Sequence record: SRR31156797_1282
Reading direction: 5' to 3' (one strand)
DNA length: 64,000 nt
Part shown: positions 60,061-64,000 of the stretch, one piece after another
Layout: every line of letters starts with the position of its first letter
How positions within the stretch are numbered: the first letter of the stretch is position 1
Translations under genes and position numbers: made by a program
Notes under the pieces: generated by a model
Databases searched by the model: none
Told to the model about the DNA's origin: nothing
The model's input: the letters and a program-made list of their open reading frames with translations, nothing else

Positions 60061-61707
60061 TTATTTTCCAGGACAAGCTTTGATAATTCCATCGCTTAAT
60101 CCATGCGTACCATATGATTTATCGAAATGTGCTGCGAATTTCTCAGCTAATTTTTTTGCTGTTGCATCGTAATCTGTCTTGTCATCCCATGTATTTTTTG
60201 GAATTAACATATCAGCTGGCACATTAGATACTGATTTAGGCACATTTACATGGAATACACTATCCTTTGTATATTCAGCATTCTCTAATTCTCCATTTAG
60301 AGCTGCATCAACCATGGCGCGAGTGAACTTAAGTTTGATACGAGATCCAACTCCATATTTTCCACCACTCCATCCAGTGTTAATCAAATATACTTTAGTG
60401 TTGTGTTTTTCCATTTTTTCACCTAATTGCTCAGCATATACACTAGGTTTTCCAGGCATAAATGGCTGACCAAAGAAACGACTGAATGTAGCCTGTGGTT
60501 CAGTAACTCCGGTTTCTGTTCCGGCTAATTTACTTGTGTATCCCATAAGGAACCAAAGCATAGCCTGATCTCTGTTTAATTGAGATATTGGAGGTAAAAC
60601 TCCATATGCATCTGCCGTAAGAAACAAAATAGTAGTTGGGTGACCAGAAACAGAAGAAGGCTTGATATTAGATAGGAAACTTAATGGATAAGATGAACGA
60701 CTATTAGGGGTATAACGATCATCAAAATAATCTACCTCACCATTGGGATAAACCATTGCATTTTCAACAATAGAACCATGGTTCAAAGGATCATCTTCGT
60801 GCATTACTGCTTTCCAAATTTCCGGTTCGTTTTTCTCTTCAATATCAATCATTTTGGCATAGCAACCGTTTTCAAAGTTCGCAATACCATCTTCGCTCCA
60901 ACCATGCTCATCATCACCTAATAATGCACGGTTAGGATCAGCAGATAAGGTAGTTTTACCAGTACCTGAAAGCCCAAGTAATAATGCCGATTTACCATCT
61001 GCACCCTCATTGGCACTACAGTGCAATGGAAGGATACCTTCAAATGGTAAATAATAGTTCATTACGGTGAACATCAACTTTTTCATACTACCCATATAGG
61101 CAGAACCAAAAACAACCCCTACACGGCGATCGAAATCGATTGCGACACACATATTAGAAGTAGTTCCATCAGGCATTTGGCGCAAGCGACCTTCGTATTT
61201 TGAAGCGTCTAATTTATTATCAGGCACTGCAATTAATGTAAAACCGCGATCAGCGAAAATGCTTTTTTGAATATCTTCGGGTACAGGACGAAACATGTTA
61301 TCAACGAATACTTGAGACAATGCTTTGTTTGTAACAGTTTTTACAGGCAGTGCATAACGAGAATCCGCACCAATAACACGATCCGTAACAAATGCTTTTC
61401 CTTTATTTAAAGTTGCAAGGGCATCTTCAAAAACCATATCAAACGTTTGCGGGTCAAGTGGAACATTATTCGGTGAAGTCCAGTCAATAGTATCAGCACT
61501 TGCATCGTGTTTTACAATGTAAGTATCCTTAGGACTTCGTCCAGTTGATTCAGGCGCCGTCCAAGTGGCAAGCGCTCCACCTTTCATGGTGATGGCTTCC
61601 TTGCGGTCTAAAGATTGTTGAATTAGTGATTTTCTTTCGGGATTAGATTCAACAGCTTGATGGTTTTTCAACATTACATCTAGCTGTTCTTGAAAAGATG
61701 TACTCAT
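60061..61707 (-). CDS. pckA: Phosphoenolpyruvate carboxykinase (ATP)
   Basis: TGRSPKD, LHCSAN, GLSGTGKTTLS, GDDEHGW, GCYAK, FLTADAYGVLPP, NTGWSGG. Confidence 0.96.
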   Translation of the reverse strand: MSTSFQEQLDVMLKNHQAVESNPERKSLIQQSLDRKEAITMKGGALATWTAPESTGRSPKDTYIVKHDASADTIDWTSPNNVPLDPQTFDMVFEDALATLNKGKAFVTDRVIGADSRYALPVKTVTNKALSQVFVDNMFRPVPEDIQKSIFADRGFTLIAVPDNKLDASKYEGRLRQMPDGTTSNMCVAIDFDRRVGVVFGSAYMGSMKKLMFTVMNYYLPFEGILPLHCSANEGADGKSALLLGLSGTGKTTLSADPNRALLGDDEHGWSEDGIANFENGCYAKMIDIEEKNEPEIWKAVMHEDDPLNHGSIVENAMVYPNGEVDYFDDRYTPNSRSSYPLSFLSNIKPSSVSGHPTTILFLTADAYGVLPPISQLNRDQAMLWFLMGYTSKLAGTETGVTEPQATFSRFFGQPFMPGKPSVYAEQLGEKMEKHNTKVYLINTGWSGGKYGVGSRIKLKFTRAMVDAALNGELENAEYTKDSVFHVNVPKSVSNVPADMLIPKNTWDDKTDYDATAKKLAEKFAAHFDKSYGTHGLSDGIIKACPGK

Positions 61708-61882
61708 ATCAGCTTATTTTGATTACAATTTATTTTGATGTAGCTACAAAAATAGATATTTCGATATAATAATAGACTAATAAATCTGTTTTTTTTGAAT
61801 TTTGATCAATATCAACATAATGGAAGGTAACAGATCAAAATATGAAAATGTTCAAAATATTATTTACAGTAGCTTCATGATT

Positions 61883-62479
61883 TCAGCTAACTAGTAATGT
61901 CACAATTACTGGTACTAATATGGTTAAAACGGTACCATGAAAAACTGAAATTACTGCATACTCTTTACCAACATATTTTGTGATAACCGGCAAAGTAGTA
62001 TCCATAGAAGTGGCTCCAGCTGCAACTATTGGGGAGAGCTTACCGGTTTTAGCTAATAAAGGCGTGAAAATAAGTGTAAGAATTTCACGTATAACATTAG
62101 CTAATAATGCAATCACACCCAGTGTTTCAGTTCTCATTTCAGCAATCAAAATACTACTCAAGCTATAATATCCATAGCCTGCACCAATGGCTTGAGTATC
62201 CTGAAAACTCATATGTGGCAAAAAAGGATAAATAATTAACATTCCAATAGCTGTTCCTAAAATAGTAGTCAAAGGCACCAGCAAAATCCTAAGCTTTACT
62301 TTTTTAATAATTTTGAAAGCTGAAGTATCAGCTCCTACACTAACTCCTACCAAAAACATCAATACATAGAGTGCATAAGTGGAATAGTCATTTTTTATTA
62401 TTTCCGCTGGCAGCCAACCCAGCCAACTTAGGATTAATCCTAAAACAAAAAACAACAATATCAATAATGTACCTCTCAT
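61883..62479 (-). CDS. LysO/DUF340 family exporter, large part
   Basis: GYGYYSLS, NVIRE, GATSMDTTLP. Confidence 0.88.
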   Translation of the reverse strand: MRGTLLILLFFVLGLILSWLGWLPAEIIKNDYSTYALYVLMFLVGVSVGADTSAFKIIKKVKLRILLVPLTTILGTAIGMLIIYPFLPHMSFQDTQAIGAGYGYYSLSSILIAEMRTETLGVIALLANVIREILTLIFTPLLAKTGKLSPIVAAGATSMDTTLPVITKYVGKEYAVISVFHGTVLTILVPVIVTLLVS

Positions 62480-62482
62480 GCG

Positions 62483-62758
62483 TCAGGTATTGTTTTTGAA
62501 AAATCTGTGATATACAAAAATTGAAATCAAAACAGAAAAAATAATTCCGGTAACAGCAATAACCAAAGCTTTAATTCCCAAAAAATGAAGCTGATAAATC
62601 ATTTCAGGATCACCGCCAATTGCAACTCCCATTAAAAATAAAAGTGCAAAAACAGCCGCCATTACCAGTTTATCATTTAGCCTGGTTATTTTTGGCATTT
62701 TCCTGATAAAATAGCCAACTAAAAAGCCGGCTATCATTATGATCAATACTGTCCACAT
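62483..62758 (-). CDS. LysO/DUF340 family exporter, small part
   Basis: 3 TM helices, LLFLMGVAIG; lies 3 bp before its partner. Confidence 0.8.
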   Translation of the reverse strand: MWTVLIIMIAGFLVGYFIRKMPKITRLNDKLVMAAVFALLFLMGVAIGGDPEMIYQLHFLGIKALVIAVTGIIFSVLISIFVYHRFFKNNT

Positions 62759-62765
62759 ATATCAA

Positions 62766-63665
62766 TTAACTCCAAAGTGATTTTGGATACTCCCCATTCT
62801 GAATCATAGCACTAATACGCTTCATAGTTTCTTCTTTATCCTCCTTGTAAGTCACTCCAAACCATTGTGCTGTTGTATCTAAAACCTCAACTGTTGCTTT
62901 CTTTGATTGAATTAGATTAGTTACTGTAGATGGAATATAAAATTCTGATTTCATCTCCTCACCTCTTTCATTTAGAAATTCGATAAAATCATCTTCAGTT
63001 TGTTGAAAATAGTATGGAGAAAAACCCCACATATTCATAGATACCTGTGCATTTTTATTAACCTCCTGTCCATCTTCATTTGAAACGATTTTGTCATCTT
63101 TCCAACCAATTGCCTCTCGTTCAGTTACACTTACTAAATGCTTTTCGCCATTAACCTCACAAACACCCCTATTTACAGTGCCATGCTCAGAAAGTGTATT
63201 CACAACCGGATAACCTACCATGCAATAAGAAGTAGCATCATTAGCTAATTTATTAAGATAGGAAGCCATTACTTTAAAGGCATCTGCACCATAGAAATCA
63301 TCAGCGTTAATAACAGCAAATGGTTCATTTACAGCATTGCGGGCAGCCCATACAGCATGATTAGTACCCCATGGTTTTGTTCTTCCTTCTGGCGCTGAAT
63401 GTCCTCCAGGTAAATCATTCATATCCTGAAAAACATAATCAGTTTGAATGTCTCCAGATATTTTGGATATAAAACGCTCTTTAAAAGCATCTTCGAAATC
63501 TTTTCTAATAATGAAAACAACTTTTCCAAAACCAGCTCTCATAGCATCGTATACAGAAAAATCCATGATAGTTTCTCCATTTGGTCCCATTTGGTCTAGT
63601 TGTTTCAACCCTCCATACCTGCTCCCCATTCCGGCAGCTAATATCATTAATGTTGGTTTTGACAT
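62766..63665 (-). CDS. Sugar-phosphate nucleotidyltransferase family protein
   Basis: LAAGMGSRYGGLKQ, RTKPWGT, INADDFYG, SMNMWG, EFYIP, WFGVTY. Confidence 0.9.
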   Translation of the reverse strand: MSKPTLMILAAGMGSRYGGLKQLDQMGPNGETIMDFSVYDAMRAGFGKVVFIIRKDFEDAFKERFISKISGDIQTDYVFQDMNDLPGGHSAPEGRTKPWGTNHAVWAARNAVNEPFAVINADDFYGADAFKVMASYLNKLANDATSYCMVGYPVVNTLSEHGTVNRGVCEVNGEKHLVSVTEREAIGWKDDKIVSNEDGQEVNKNAQVSMNMWGFSPYYFQQTEDDFIEFLNERGEEMKSEFYIPSTVTNLIQSKKATVEVLDTTAQWFGVTYKEDKEETMKRISAMIQNGEYPKSLWS

Positions 63666-63805
63666 ATTGTAAATTTTATTTTTTAAGCTTCAGCAAATAT
63701 ATAAATCATTTCATAGAAAATATAAGACTTTTATTCGTCAGAAATAATCATTTGCTATTGACTGAAGTTTCTATTTTCATTAACTTTAATACAAATAAAT
63801 GCACC

Positions 63806-64000
63806 ATGAAGCCATTCAAATACCTCCCAATAGTTATAGCTATTACTGTTATTGCGGCTTTAATAACTTATTGGGTTATTGCCAATAATGAGGAGAATTA
63901 CAACAATCACAAAAATGAAGTTCTAAACAGGTTCAAATCTAATTACGAAACCGTTTTAGCGGGGTATGAAAAGTCTGCCAGATTATTCTACTCTCAGGTT
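63806..64000 (+). CDS. Membrane-anchored protein, N-terminus only (truncated by the window edge)
   Basis: MKPFKYLPIVIAITVIAALITYWVIANN... stays open to the window end. Confidence 0.6.
   Translation, partial: MKPFKYLPIVIAITVIAALITYWVIANNEENYNNHKNEVLNRFKSNYETVLAGYEKSARLFYSQV

Noticed and set aside
61883-62758. LysO split as a possible pseudogene
   Set aside because: Two-gene LysO/DUF340 arrangements are common in Bacteroidota, and each part has its own start codon and intact TM segments.

Overview
AT-rich bacterial DNA that looks like Bacteroidota: it has T9SS C-terminal sorting domains, a complete moxR-bat operon and TAnnTTTG-type promoters. The left 40 kb is mostly accessory envelope and signalling genes. 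It holds two loci in which a short T9SS-CTD protein gene directly precedes secreted proteins that share a conserved 'P..(I/L)(S/N)YQAV(I/V)RD' N-terminal domain but end differently (a FISUMP-like tip in one; a repeat stalk, YadA-like head and S74 chaperone in the other). It also holds tandem PQQ-like propeller lipoproteins, three LytS/LytTR pairs with 21-bp-periodic direct repeats upstream of candidate targets, MacAB-TolC, a TonB receptor with a YfiR-like partner, and a CotH-T9SS protein. About 22 kb of this lies between two direct copies of truA, the second of which is frameshifted. The right 24 kb is mostly core genes: moxR-DUF58-batA-E, two butyrate kinases around acyl-CoA dehydrogenase and icmF, MATE, a thioesterase, pckA, a split LysO and a nucleotidyltransferase. 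A decayed response regulator and several REP/MITE-like palindromes are also present. I saw no rRNA, tRNA, CRISPR array, integrase or transposase. The best candidate for an undescribed system is the 'T9SS adaptor plus CTD-less modular fibre' pairing. All family calls come from motif recognition by eye, not from database searches.
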